Shown piece by piece: positions 45,550 through 55,930 of a DNA stretch of 64,000 nt. The DNA lies in assembly GCA_963734495.1 (NCBI GenBank), contig CAVTHK010000016.1, positions 192,001-256,000 on the forward strand, read 5' to 3'. The position numbers and the translations under genes were made by a program. How positions within the stretch are numbered: the stretch's first letter is position 1; every line of letters begins with the position of its first letter. This DNA is from an uncultured Spirochaetota bacterium. Its GTDB lineage: Bacteria; Spirochaetota; Spirochaetia; SZUA-6; CAVTHK01. The notes under the pieces were generated by a model, which ran no database searches, had not been told where the DNA came from, and worked only from the letters and a program-made list of their open reading frames with translations.

Positions 45550-46510
45550 AAGTGCAGAAGAAAACGACCTATTTCTCGAAGGACGCGATCACCTGTCCCG
45601 CCTGCGAGACCGAGTTCTACCGCGAGGACCTGATGTCGGGCAGCGGGAGGCTGATCGCCGGGAACCTCACTGACGAGCTGCGCCGGGAATATCAGCCGTC
45701 CAAGAAGTTCGGGGAGATCTTCCCGCTGGTCTACACCGTGACGGTGTGCCCCAACTGCGCCTTCGCCGCGCTGCCCCAGGACTTCCTCGCCGCGGACGCG
45801 ACGGTGACGGGCGGGGTGAACGCCACCGAGCGGCGGCGCAGGGAGGCGCTGGAGCTCGTGTTCCCCAACACGGACTTCACGCAGCCGCGCGACCTCCGGG
45901 AGGGCGTTGCCGCCTGCTACCTGGCCGTTTCGAGCTACGACCACTTCCTCAGGCTCGCCTCGCCGACCATCAAGCAGGGGTTGTGCGCGCTGCGCGCGGC
46001 CTGGCTGCTCGAGGAGATGCACCGCAGGGCCCCGAACGAGAACTGGGACTACCTGGCGCTGCTGTTCTACAGGAAGGCCCGCTTCTTCTACCAGACCGCC
46101 GTCGACAAGGAACAGACGGGAAAGGAGCCCCTCGGCGGGCTCGCCAACTTCGGCCCTGACCTCGATCACAACTACGGCTACGACGGCGTCCTCTACCTCG
46201 CCGGGCTGCTGGAGTTCAAGTACGGGCCGCGGAAGGACCCGGCGCGGCGCATCTCGAACCTGGAGCGCGCCCGGCGCGTGATCGGCCGGGTGCACGGCAT
46301 GGGCCGGGTGAGCAAGCTGAAGCCGACGCCGCTGCTGGAGCGGGTGCACGAGCTCTTCGACCGGATGACGGAGGAGCTCAAGGCGCTGGCGGACGAAAGG
46401 GGCGGGGCCGTCCGCCCCGCGACGGCGCCGCGGGGCCGCCCGCGGCCGAGGCCGAGCCGGTCGCGCGGCCCGGGGGCGAGGGCGACGGCCGCGAGGCCGG
46501 CGACCAGTGA
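45546..46510 (+). CDS. DUF2225-family protein (two CxxC pairs plus helical repeats); 3' end uncertain
   Basis: CPAC..GSGRLIAGNLTDELRR..VCPNC, GPDLDHNYGYDG; same position as in Borrelia/Treponema. As sequenced, the ORF runs to 46700. Confidence 0.8.
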
Positions 46511-47279
46511 TCGCGCGCCGCACCCTGAAGGTCACGCTGGCCTACGACGGGACGGAGTTCTACGGATGGCAGGTGCAGAGCCCGCGGCAGGACGGTGCAG
46601 GCCGTCGTCGAGGCGGCGCTCGGCCGGATGCACGAGACCCCGGTGCGCGTCACCGCCGCGGGCCGAACGGACTCCGGCGTGCACGCCACGGGGCAGGTGA
46701 TCAGCTTCGAGAGCGGCCTGAGCTCGATCGCCGCCGGAGAGGTTCGCGGAGGCTCTGAATTCCTACCTCCCCTCCGACGTGCGGGCGCTGGACGCCGAGG
46801 CGGTGTCCGACGGGTTCGACGCGCGCCGCTCCGCCTGCCGGCGCGTGTACCGCTACTACGTCTGCTCATCGGCGGTGCTCGCGCCGCACCTGCGGCGCTA
46901 CTGCCTGTGGCGGCGCAGGCGCCCGCGCCTCGCCGCGCTGAACAGGCTGGCGGCGCCGATCCTGGGGACCCACGACTTCTCGACCTTCTCATCGGCCGAC
47001 GACGTCAACGAGACCAAGGTGCGGACGGCGGTCTCTTCGTGCTTCCACGTCCAGGGCGACATGCTCGTCTACACGATCGCCGCCGACCGCTTTCTGCGCC
47101 GGATGGTGCGCAGCATCGTGGGGACGCTGCTCGACATGGAGAGCCGCGACGCGCCCGCGTCGGAGCTGGCCGCGGCTCTCGAGGCGCGCGACCGCTCCCT
47201 CGCCGGCCCGACGGCACCTGCGCGCGGCCTGTTTCTCGAGAGGGTGATCTACGATGACGAGCCGGGAATCGCGTTCTGA
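46507..47279 (+). CDS. truA: tRNA pseudouridine(38-40) synthase (frameshifts)
   Basis: [42 protein letters not shown]. Confidence 0.93.
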
Positions 47280-48022
47280 GCTCTGGCGGCTGCTCGACCT
47301 CGACCGAGGACTATCTCGTCGCCGGGTACAGGCGGGAGCACCCCGAGCCCCCGGAGACGCTCGCCGTCCGACGCGACGACGCCCGAGGGGGCGCTCCCGG
47401 CGGGGGCGGCGCGCCGCTGGCGACAGCCTCGAGGCGGTAGCCGCCGAGGTCGCTCGCGTGCACGCGCTGCCCGCTCCACAAAGGCCGCACGCGCGCCGTG
47501 CCGGGCGAGGGCTCGGAACGGCCCCTCGTGATGGTCGTGGGTGAGGGCCCGGGCGCGGAGGAAGACCGGACAGGCCGTCCGTTCGTCGGGCCCGCGGGGC
47601 AGTACCTGGACGAGTGGCTCGCCGCGGTCAGGATCGGGGAGGAGCCCCTGTCCCGCAGGACGAACGCCTACATTGCCAACGTCGTCAAGTGCCGGCCGCC
47701 GGGCAATCGCGATCCCCAGCCGGACGAGGCCGCCGCCTGCCTGGGCTACCTGCGGAGGCAGATCGCGCTGCTGCGGCCGAGAGCGCTGCTGGCGGTCGGC
47801 CGCACGGCGGCGCGCTATCTCCTGGGGATCGAATCGGGGGTCGGCGCCGCCCGCGGCCGGACCTGGCAGTTCGACTCGATCCCCGCGATCGTGACCTACC
47901 ACCCGAGCGCCGTGCTTCGCGACCGGTCGTTGCGGCGCCCCGTGTGGGAAGACCTCAAGGCGCTCAAGGCGCTGCTGGACCAGCCGCGGTCTTCCGCGGC
48001 CTCCGGAGCGTCCGACAGGTAG
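47254..48022 (+). CDS. Family 4 uracil-DNA glycosylase (5' part frameshifted)
   Basis: [32 protein letters not shown]. Confidence 0.9.
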
Positions 48023-48029
48023 CCGGACA

Positions 48030-50054
48030 ATGGCTGACACCGAAGACGGCGTCCGGGAGACCGCGGCGGCCGCGCGCCCCGACGCCGGCAGCCCGGCTCC
48101 GGCAGGCGACCGCGTGCAGGTCGTCTTCAACCTGCCCGTCGACCGCGCCTTCACGTACGCGATGCCCGAAGGCTCGGAGCCGGCACGGCCCGGCGTGCGG
48201 GTGCGCGCGCCCTTCGGGAGGCGCACGCTCACGGGCGCCGTCGTGTCCGTCGGCGCGGAGGCGGCCGCCGGCCCCTACGAGATCCGGCCGGTCGACCGGG
48301 TGGTCGATGCGAAGCCCATCTTCGGCGAGCGCGAGCTCGACCTGGCCCGCTGGATGTCGCGCTTCTACCTGTGCTCGCTCGGCGAAGCGCTGTTCACGAT
48401 GCTCCCCGGCGGGAGGCGCGAGAGCGAGAGCTCCGGCGTCGACGTGGAGCCGGCGGGGCGTCCCGAGCTCGAGCTGACCGAGCACCAGCGCCGCGCGATC
48501 GAGCGGATCCTCGCGGGCGGCGAGGGCGCCTTCTACCTGTACGGCGTGACCGGCTCGGGCAAGACCGAAGTGTTCCTCCGCGTGGCCAAGGAGGTGCTTG
48601 CGTCGGGCCGGGGCGTGATCTACCTGGTGCCTGAGATCTCGCTCGTGCACCAGGTGGCCCGCATCTTCACCGCGGAGCTCGGGCCTCGCGTCGTGGAGAT
48701 GCATTCGGGGCTCTCGCCTTCGCAGCGGCTGCGCACATGGACCCTGATCCGCGACGGGGCTGCGGACCTGGTGATCGGAGCGAGGAGCGCGGTGTTCGCG
48801 CCGCTGCCGCGCCCCGGGCTGATCATCCTGGACGAGGAGCACGAAGGGTCATACAAGGCGGGGTCCGCGCCGCGGTACCATGCGCGCCAGGTCGCCTTCC
48901 ACCGCGCGCGCACCCAAGGGTGCCGCCTCCTGATGGGAAGCGCGACGCCGTCGATCGAGGCCCTGCACAGCATGCAGGAGGGAACGATCGTCCGGCTCGA
49001 GCTGCCCGAGCGTCTCGCGGGCGGGCGCCTTCCTTCGATAGAAGTGGTGGACATGAAAAAGGAGTCCGGCGTGCTGTCGCGCGCGCTGCTCGACGCCCTG
49101 AGGGAGGTGCACGCCGAGGGCAGGCAGGCGATCCTTTTTCTCAACCGGCGGGGCTTCTCCTACTACTTCTACTGCCGCTCGTGCGGGTACGAGATGAAGT
49201 GCCGCCGCTGCTCCGTGGCCCTCACGTACCACAAGGCGCGCGACCGCATGATCTGCCACTACTGCGGAGCGAGCGCGGCGCCGGTGACGGTCTGCCCGGA
49301 GTGCGGCTCGCTCGACATGGGCAGCTCGGGCTTCGGGACCGAGAAGATCGAAGAGGAAATTCAAGGCATCTTCCCGGAGATGCGGGTCGCGCGGCTCGAC
49401 ACGGACACGGCGAGGCGCAGGAAGGTCCTGAAGTCGACGCTCGCGAAGTTCCGCGCCGGGGAGCTCGACGTGCTGGTCGGCACGCAGATGGTGGCCAAGG
49501 GCCTCGATTTCCCGGGCGTCAAGCTGGTAGGGGTGGTGAACGCCGACACCGGGCTGCAGCTTCCGGACTTCAGGGCGCTCGAGCGCACCTTCGCGCTGAT
49601 CGTGCAGGTGTCCGGCCGGGCGGGCCGCATCACGCCGGACGGCAGGGTCATCGTGCAGACCCTGCGGCCCGAGACGGGCGTGATCCAGCGAGCGGCCCGC
49701 AACGAGGCGGCGGCCTTCTACGCCGAGGAGATGGACCTGCGGCGGACGCTTCGATTCCCGCCGTTCTGGCGGCTGGTGCGCCTGCTGGTCCGGGGCCGGG
49801 ACAGGAAACGGGTCGAGGAGGCCGCCGCGCGGGCCGCGGCGACCGCGCGCGACTGCTGCGGCGGGGCCGCGGAGGTCCTCGGGCCCGCCGAGTGCCCGCT
49901 CGCGATGATCGCCGGGAACCACCGCATCCACGTGCTCCTGCGCAGCGAGCGGCTCGGCCCCGTGCACGAGGCTGCCCGCGCCGTCAGCCGCGAGTGGCGC
50001 AAGGGGACGGGAGTCTATCTCGAGATCGACGTCGACCCCGTCTCGCTCCTGTAG
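48030..50054 (+). CDS. priA: Primosomal protein N'
   Basis: GVTGSGKT, DEEH, two Zn-finger CxxC pairs, GTQMVAKGLDF, QVSGRAGR, DVDP. Confidence 0.97.
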   Translation: MADTEDGVRETAAAARPDAGSPAPAGDRVQVVFNLPVDRAFTYAMPEGSEPARPGVRVRAPFGRRTLTGAVVSVGAEAAAGPYEIRPVDRVVDAKPIFGERELDLARWMSRFYLCSLGEALFTMLPGGRRESESSGVDVEPAGRPELELTEHQRRAIERILAGGEGAFYLYGVTGSGKTEVFLRVAKEVLASGRGVIYLVPEISLVHQVARIFTAELGPRVVEMHSGLSPSQRLRTWTLIRDGAADLVIGARSAVFAPLPRPGLIILDEEHEGSYKAGSAPRYHARQVAFHRARTQGCRLLMGSATPSIEALHSMQEGTIVRLELPERLAGGRLPSIEVVDMKKESGVLSRALLDALREVHAEGRQAILFLNRRGFSYYFYCRSCGYEMKCRRCSVALTYHKARDRMICHYCGASAAPVTVCPECGSLDMGSSGFGTEKIEEEIQGIFPEMRVARLDTDTARRRKVLKSTLAKFRAGELDVLVGTQMVAKGLDFPGVKLVGVVNADTGLQLPDFRALERTFALIVQVSGRAGRITPDGRVIVQTLRPETGVIQRAARNEAAAFYAEEMDLRRTLRFPPFWRLVRLLVRGRDRKRVEEAAARAAATARDCCGGAAEVLGPAECPLAMIAGNHRIHVLLRSERLGPVHEAARAVSREWRKGTGVYLEIDVDPVSLL

Positions 50055-50140
50055 GGCGCCCGGGATCGGCGCGGCGGGCCCGGCTGCCGGGCCGCGCCGC
50101 TCCGGGCAGGCCGCCGCCACCTTGCGCCCCGCCGCGGATT

Positions 50141-50185
50141 CCTTGTTGACCCTTGTTGACGGCGCGCCGAGACGGTTGCTATACT
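50141..50185 (+). promoter_or_regulatory. Strong sigma70 promoter of pcnB with tandem 10-bp repeat
   Basis: CCTTGTTGAC x2 (50141-50160); TTGACG-18 nt-TATACT with extended TG. Confidence 0.7.
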
Positions 50186-50232
50186 GCCGGCCAGAATCGA
50201 AGGGTCCGAGACTCGTCGGCTGGACAGGAATC

Positions 50233-51577
50233 TTGCTGCTTCGCTACGGAAAATCATCGAGGGGCCACGTCATACGGAAGGCCCGGATCTACACGCTTCA
50301 GGAGCACGGCATCCGCGCGGACATGATCGACCCGGACGCCGTGTGGATCATCCGCAGGCTCGCCGAGGCCGGCCACCGCGCCTACGTCGTCGGGGGGCGC
50401 CATCCGCGACCTGCTCCTCGGCAAGAAGCCGAAGGATTTCGACGTGGCGACCGACGCCCAGCCCAACCGGATCCGGAGGCTGTTCCGGCGCTCGCGCATC
50501 ATCGGCCGCCGCTTCCGCCTGGTTCACGTCTACTTCGAAAGCGGCAAGATCCTCGAGGTGTCCACGTTCCGCGCGGGGGGCGAGACCACGGACGGCGCCA
50601 ACATCTACGGGACCCTCGCCGAGGACGTGATGCGGCGCGACTACAGCATGAACGCGTTGTTCTACGACCCGGTCAAGGAGCAGCTGGTCGACTACGTCGA
50701 CGGTTTGCACGACATCAGGCGGCGCCGTCTGCGGATCCTTTCGCCCCCGAAGATCTCCTTCGCCGAAGATCCCGTGCGGATGCTGCGCGCGGTCAAGTAC
50801 GCGGCGCCGCACCGGCTCAAGATCCCCCTGCCCATCAGGATGGCGATCCGACGGCAGCGGGCGAGCCTGCTCGAGTGCTCCGCGGACCGCCTGACCGAGG
50901 AGTTCAACAAGATCGCCGGCTCGGGCCACTGCGCGGCGATCCTCCGACTCTCGCGCAAGCTCGGCATTTTCGACGTGCTCTTCCCGAAGGTCGCCGCCGT
51001 GCTCTCGACGCCGGCGGCCGAGGAGGAGCTGTTCACCCGGCTCGAACGGCTGGACGAGAAGGGCGACGCGGATCGCGTCGCAGTTCTCCTCGCGTTCTTC
51101 GGCGAGGTCGCGCGCGCTGCCGCGCAGGCCGAAGGGGCCACCATCCTGTCGTTCCAGGCCGCGCTCAAGGAGGCGGCCGCGCCGCTGCGCCTGCCGAACA
51201 GGGATACGCTCGAGGCCGCGCACAGGGTCCTCGGGCGCAGGCATCCGCGGGCGGGCGTGCAGCAGGAGGCCGACGGCGAGCGCGGGAAAGCCGGCGCCGG
51301 CAGACGGCGGCGGCGGAGAGCGCGCGGCGGCTCGCGGGAGCGGCAGGAGGCCGGCGCGGGCGACGGGCTCGCCGAGGCGCCGGCCGGCGAGCGCGCCGGC
51401 CAGCCGGACGGCAGGCAGACCCGCGCCGCCCGGCCCGAAGGGCCTGCACCGGCGGGATCCGGAGTCCAGGGGGAAGGCGGCGAGGTCCGCCGTAGCCGCC
51501 GGAGGCGCAGACGGCGCCGCGGCGGTCAGCGCAGCGTCGACATCCGGGCGAGCAAAGAATCGACCTTGTCGCCGTAG
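50233..51577 (+). CDS. pcnB: Poly(A) polymerase PcnB (TTG start, frameshift ~50395)
   Basis: YVVGG.IRDLL..PKDFDVAT, IIGRRFRLVHV (PAP signature), RRDYSMNAL, EDPVRMLRA; Arg-rich tail. Confidence 0.92.
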
Positions 51578-52695
51578 GCCTTGGGGTTCGCGGCGCGCGC
51601 CTCGAGCAGCCACGCGCGCGACTGCTCGTACGAGTTGAGAGCGAACGCGTTGACGCCGAGGGCGTACTTGGTCACGGCGGGGTCGGCGCCCAGCTCGAGC
51701 GCGCTCTTGAACAGCACCTCGGCGCTTCGGTAGTCCTTGCCCGCGTACTTCGCAAGCCCCATGTAGTAGTAGGGCACGTAGTTGTCCGGCTCGATCCGCA
51801 TGGCGTGGACAAAGGCCTCCTCGGCCTTGTCGAACTCCTGCCGCGAGTAGAGATCGGTGCCCTCGGCGACGAGCTCGTTGAACCCCTTGAGCCCCTGGAC
51901 GAACCCCTGGTACGCGCGCTCCAGCTTCGGCTCTTCGAACCAGGCAAAGGCGCGCTCGCGGACCCTGGCGGAATTGTCGGCCACGTTCAGGGCGGGATCC
52001 ATCGCGCTGAGCGAGTCCCAGTAGATGCGGTTCAGATTCGGGTCCTGGCTGTCGAGCAGGAGGCTCACGAGCGCCCAGGCCTGCGGATAGAAGGTCTGGA
52101 TCTGGGCGCGGGCGGCTTCGTTGTCGAGGAGGATCAGCTTGGCCACCGGCAGCGCCTGCGGCGAGGCGACCGCCGCCTTGAGGGACTCGAGCCAGGCCAG
52201 GTCGGGCTTGAACTGGAAGCGTCCGGTCTCCGCGTTGAACGTGGAGCGCTCGAAGTAGGCGGCCGTGCCTTCGCGGATCCACACGGGCGGGTTCGGCACG
52301 GCGCCCTTGAGGAACTGGATGCACGCCTGGTGCAGCAGCGAAGTGTCGAACTGGACCTCGTCGGCCATGGCGTAGGCGACCAGCTCGCTCTTGGCCGCGT
52401 CCGCATAGTGGATGTACACGAAGTCCGTGCGCGTCTCCTTGATGATCGAGGCGATGTACCCGTCAAAGCTCTTCTTGTCGCCGAAGAGGGTGGCCCGCAG
52501 CTTGTCCGCCGGCGCGAAGTGGAACACTCCGGCAAACAGCGCGTAGGCGCCTTCGAGCTTCGCGAGGGTGGTGTCGACGATCGCGCCCGTCACGTCCGTG
52601 GTCAGGCGGTAGTGCTCGGAGTCGCGGGTCGTGGTCTCCGCGCCTGCCAGCGCAGCAGCCGCCAGAAGGGCAATCAGCACCATCGTGCGTCTCAT
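51526..52695 (-). CDS. Exported protein with a zincin-like (DUF1570/peptidase MA-like) domain and C-terminal TPRs
   Basis: Signal peptide, LLHQACIQFL..PVWIREGTAAYFE, FYPQAWALV, TPRs; SD GAGGAG. Confidence 0.8.
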   Translation of the reverse strand: MRRTMVLIALLAAAALAGAETTTRDSEHYRLTTDVTGAIVDTTLAKLEGAYALFAGVFHFAPADKLRATLFGDKKSFDGYIASIIKETRTDFVYIHYADAAKSELVAYAMADEVQFDTSLLHQACIQFLKGAVPNPPVWIREGTAAYFERSTFNAETGRFQFKPDLAWLESLKAAVASPQALPVAKLILLDNEAARAQIQTFYPQAWALVSLLLDSQDPNLNRIYWDSLSAMDPALNVADNSARVRERAFAWFEEPKLERAYQGFVQGLKGFNELVAEGTDLYSRQEFDKAEEAFVHAMRIEPDNYVPYYYMGLAKYAGKDYRSAEVLFKSALELGADPAVTKYALGVNAFALNSYEQSRAWLLEARAANPKAYGDKVDSLLARMSTLR

Positions 52696-52722
52696 CGCTC
52701 GTCTCCTCGTTCTACACGCAAA

Positions 52723-52751
52723 AGGATAGTCCCCGTGCGTATGCCTGTCAA
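52723..52751 (-). promoter_or_regulatory. Sigma70 promoter
   Basis: TTGACA-17 nt-TATCCT. Confidence 0.7.
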
Positions 52752-52814
52752 ACCAAAAACGCGCGCGCACGGGCGAATTCGGCCGGAATTGCCCCGCTGG
52801 TGCGCGTGTGCGGC

Positions 52815-53696
52815 TCACCCGCGCTTCGGGTCGGAAACCGACTCCACGATGATGTTGACGCGATCCATGGCGATGCCGGTGTAGCCCTCGATGCTCTCGA
52901 TGATGTAGCCCTGCAGGTTTGCGACGAGAGCTGGGATCTCGACCCCGAACGGCACGAGGAGGTGAACGTCGATCGCGTAGCTCGGCGGCCCCTGCAGGAG
53001 CGTGATCCGGGTGACGCGGACCGAAGGCGCGTACTCGTCCACGCAGTGGGAAACCATCTGGCTCAGCGCCTGCTCCGAGATCGCGAACCGCCCCTGGGTG
53101 GAGTAGACCGGCCGCACGATGGTCTTCTCGAACACGTCGGGCTTGCGCATGAAGGGCAGCTTCTTCTTGAAGAAGATCCGGATGGCGTTGAAGAAGATCT
53201 GCGAATGGTGGCGCCGCACCTCGACCGCCGGAACGGGGATGATGTGCTTGCCTTCCTGGCGGCGCGCGCGCCGGGCGCGCTCGATCTCATCGGGGGTCGA
53301 GACCTCCTCGATCGTGAGGATCCGGCTCGGCGCGGGCAGGTCCAGGCGCTCGGCTATGCGCTGGACCATGCGCACGGAGGTGCCGAGCAGCAGCACGCGC
53401 GTGAACTTTTCGTGCGCGAGCTGCCGGCGCACGGCACCCGCCACGCGGGGGTCGCCGAAGAGGGCCGTCTTGATCGCCGTGTAGGCGCCCGGCGCCTCCT
53501 TGGCCGACTGGCCGGCGATGATCTTCTGGTCCCTGATGAGCAGGCCGTCGTCGACGATCAGGTCCGCCCCGTTCCTCTTCGCGATGAGCTGCGCCCGGAA
53601 GCTCTTCCCGGTGCCGGAGCTGCCCACCAGCGCGATCACCTGGATTCCCTTGAGCCTGTAGACCAGATGGTGGTAGAGGCTCTTGAGGACTCCCAT
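52815..53696 (-). CDS. P-loop NTPase fused to an Asp23/Gls24-like domain
   Basis: ALVGSSGTGKS, IVDDGLLI, KTIVRPVYS..GRFAIS, LQGYIIESIEGYTGI. Confidence 0.8.
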   Translation of the reverse strand: MGVLKSLYHHLVYRLKGIQVIALVGSSGTGKSFRAQLIAKRNGADLIVDDGLLIRDQKIIAGQSAKEAPGAYTAIKTALFGDPRVAGAVRRQLAHEKFTRVLLLGTSVRMVQRIAERLDLPAPSRILTIEEVSTPDEIERARRARRQEGKHIIPVPAVEVRRHHSQIFFNAIRIFFKKKLPFMRKPDVFEKTIVRPVYSTQGRFAISEQALSQMVSHCVDEYAPSVRVTRITLLQGPPSYAIDVHLLVPFGVEIPALVANLQGYIIESIEGYTGIAMDRVNIIVESVSDPKRG

Positions 53697-54578
53697 CTAC
53701 CCTCCGAGGCGCAGGCGGGCGGAGCGGATCGTGTTGGCCATCAGCATCGCGACCGTCATGGGCCCGACGCCCCCGGGAACGGGCGTGATCAGGCCCGCGA
53801 TCTCGCGCACCGACTCGAAGTCGACGTCGCCGCACAGCCGCGCCTTGCCGGACTTGGTGGTGCCGACGCGGTGGATGCCGACGTCGATCACTGTCGCGCC
53901 CGGCTTGACCATGGCGGCGGTGACGAAGCGCGGCGTCCCCCCCGCGGCCACGATGAGGATGTCGGCGCGCCGCGTGTGCGCCGCGAGGTCGCGCGTGCGC
54001 GTGTGGCAGATCGTCACCGTGGCGTTGCCGCCGGGGGAGCGCGCGCTCAGCATGTTCGCGAGCGGCCGGCCCACCAGGAGCGAGCGCCCGACGACGACGA
54101 CGTCGGCGCCTTGGATCGTCACGCCGCTGCGCTCGAGCAGCTCGACCACGCCGGCCGGCGTGCAGGGCAGAAAGCGCGGCGCGCCGGCCAGAAGCCGGCC
54201 GAGATTCTCGGGGTGGAAGCAGTCGACGTCCTTGTCCGGCCGCACGGCCAGGACGACCCGCTCCTGGTCGATCTGCTTCGGAAGCGGGCTCTGCACCAGG
54301 ATGCCGTCGATGAGGGGGTCGGCGTTGCAGCGCTCGATCAGGCGCACGAGATCGGAGGTGTCCACGGTGGAAGCGACGTTCTCCTGGACCGAGTGAAACC
54401 CGAGCTGCCGCGCGCGCGCCTGCTTGCCCGTCACGTAGCTCACGGAGGCGGGATCGTCGCCGACGAGGATCGTGGCGAGCCCGGGCGGCCGCCCGTGGTC
54501 GCGGACGAGAGCGGCGACCGCGGTCCTTTGCTCCCCCTCGATTTCGGCGGCGATACGGGTCCCATCGATGAGCGCCAT
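53697..54578 (-). CDS. folD: Methylenetetrahydrofolate dehydrogenase/cyclohydrolase
   Basis: SYVTGK, KDVDCFHPEN, PCTP, GRSLLVGRP, TPVPGGVGPMT. Confidence 0.96.
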   Translation of the reverse strand: MALIDGTRIAAEIEGEQRTAVAALVRDHGRPPGLATILVGDDPASVSYVTGKQARARQLGFHSVQENVASTVDTSDLVRLIERCNADPLIDGILVQSPLPKQIDQERVVLAVRPDKDVDCFHPENLGRLLAGAPRFLPCTPAGVVELLERSGVTIQGADVVVVGRSLLVGRPLANMLSARSPGGNATVTICHTRTRDLAAHTRRADILIVAAGGTPRFVTAAMVKPGATVIDVGIHRVGTTKSGKARLCGDVDFESVREIAGLITPVPGGVGPMTVAMLMANTIRSARLRLGG

Positions 54579-54584
54579 GGCTCC

Positions 54585-54613
54585 ACAATAGGCAGCCGCC
54601 TCAAAGGGGTCAA
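54585..54613 (-). promoter_or_regulatory. Sigma70 promoter giving a probably leaderless folD mRNA
   Basis: TTGACC-17 nt-TATTGT-6 nt-ATG. Confidence 0.6.
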
Positions 54614-54674
54614 GGTGAAGGAAGGACGCCGGCCGTCTCGCCGCAGCCGCAAGCGCGCGCAGGCCCGGGTGAGC

Positions 54675-55930
54675 CTAGTGGCGGAAGGCGCGCTCGCCGG
54701 TAAACACCATCGCGACGCCGGCCTCGTTGCACGCCTCGATGCAGTCCCAGTCGCGCAGCGAGCCGCCGGGCTGGGCGATGGCGGCGACGCCCTCGCGGAC
54801 GCCGACTTCGATCCCGTCGCGGAAGGGGAAGAAGCCGTCGGAAATCATGGCGCTGCCGGGGATCCCGCCGCGCGCCCGCGTCACCTCGGCGTCGATGGCG
54901 GCGCGCGTGTCGCGGTCCGCGAGCTCGTTGTAAGCCGTCGCGTGACGCTCCCAGGCGAGGCGGTCGGCCATCTTGCGGTAGGCCTTGTCGCGCGCGATCT
55001 CCGCGACGCCGACGCGGTCCTGCTCGCCGGTGCCGATGCCGACGGTGACGCCGTCCTTGACGTAGATGACGGAGTTGCTGGTGACCCCGCTCTCGATCAG
55101 CCACCCGAAGATCAGGTCGTCGAGCTCCGCGGGCGTCGGGCTCCGCTTGACCCGGTACGCGCGGCCCTGGTGCTGGGCCTCGGCCGGAAGGAAATCCGCA
55201 GCCGTGCGCACCGCAGGCGCGTAGGACCACTGCAGCACGAGCCCGCCGTCCACGAGGGCCCGGAAGTCGAGGACGCGCTCGCCGACGTAGTCGCCGAGGC
55301 GTTTCATGTTGCCGATGCGCATCACCCTGAGGTTCTTCCAGCGCGCGAAGACGTCCAGCACGCCCGCGGCGAACTCGGGCGCGGCCACCACTTCCGCGTA
55401 GCTCGCGGCCACCATCTCGGCTGTCGGGAGGTCGATTTCGCGGTTGACGACGATCGCCCCGCCGAACGCAGCCACGCGGTCGGCCATGTACGCGCGCCGG
55501 TAGCTCTCGGCAAGGGTGGCCCGCCTTCGCGACCCCGCACGGGTTGTTGTGCTTGATGATGACGGTGGCCGGCGTGTCCGCAAAGTAGCGGAGGATGGCG
55601 AGCCCGCTGTCGACGTCGGTGATGTTGAGCTTGCCCGGGTGCTTGCCCGACTGCAGGAGCTCGGCGTCGGAGGCGAGCCAGCGGCCCGGGGCGATCGAGG
55701 TCACTTCGCCGAGGGTCAGGTTGCCGTTCGCGAGCCTGTAGAGCGCCGCAGGCTGGCTCGGGTTGTCGCCGTAGCGCAGCCCCTTGCGCTCGCCTTCGAC
55801 CGTCCAGGTGACCTTCTCGTAGATGAGAGTCTGCTTCCCGCGCTCGTCGACGAGGCTGATCTCGAGCCGTTGCGGGAAGCTCTCGTCGACCATCGTGCGG
55901 TACGCGTCCCTCAGGCGTGCGCGGCTTCAT
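54675..55930 (-). CDS. purH: AICAR transformylase half of a split PurH (frameshifts ~55918 and ~55520)
   Basis: LRYGDNPSQPAA, IKHNNPCGV, SNSV, GIGTGEQDRV, SDGFFPF.D, QPGGSLRD, FTGERAFRH. Confidence 0.88.

Noticed and set aside
52800..55556. Long antisense and off-frame ORFs (this 918-aa ORF, 59412..62327 beyond nagZ, 14138..16345 and many others)
   Set aside because: They are shadow ORFs opposite or overlapping well-supported genes, with no motifs, as expected at this GC content.
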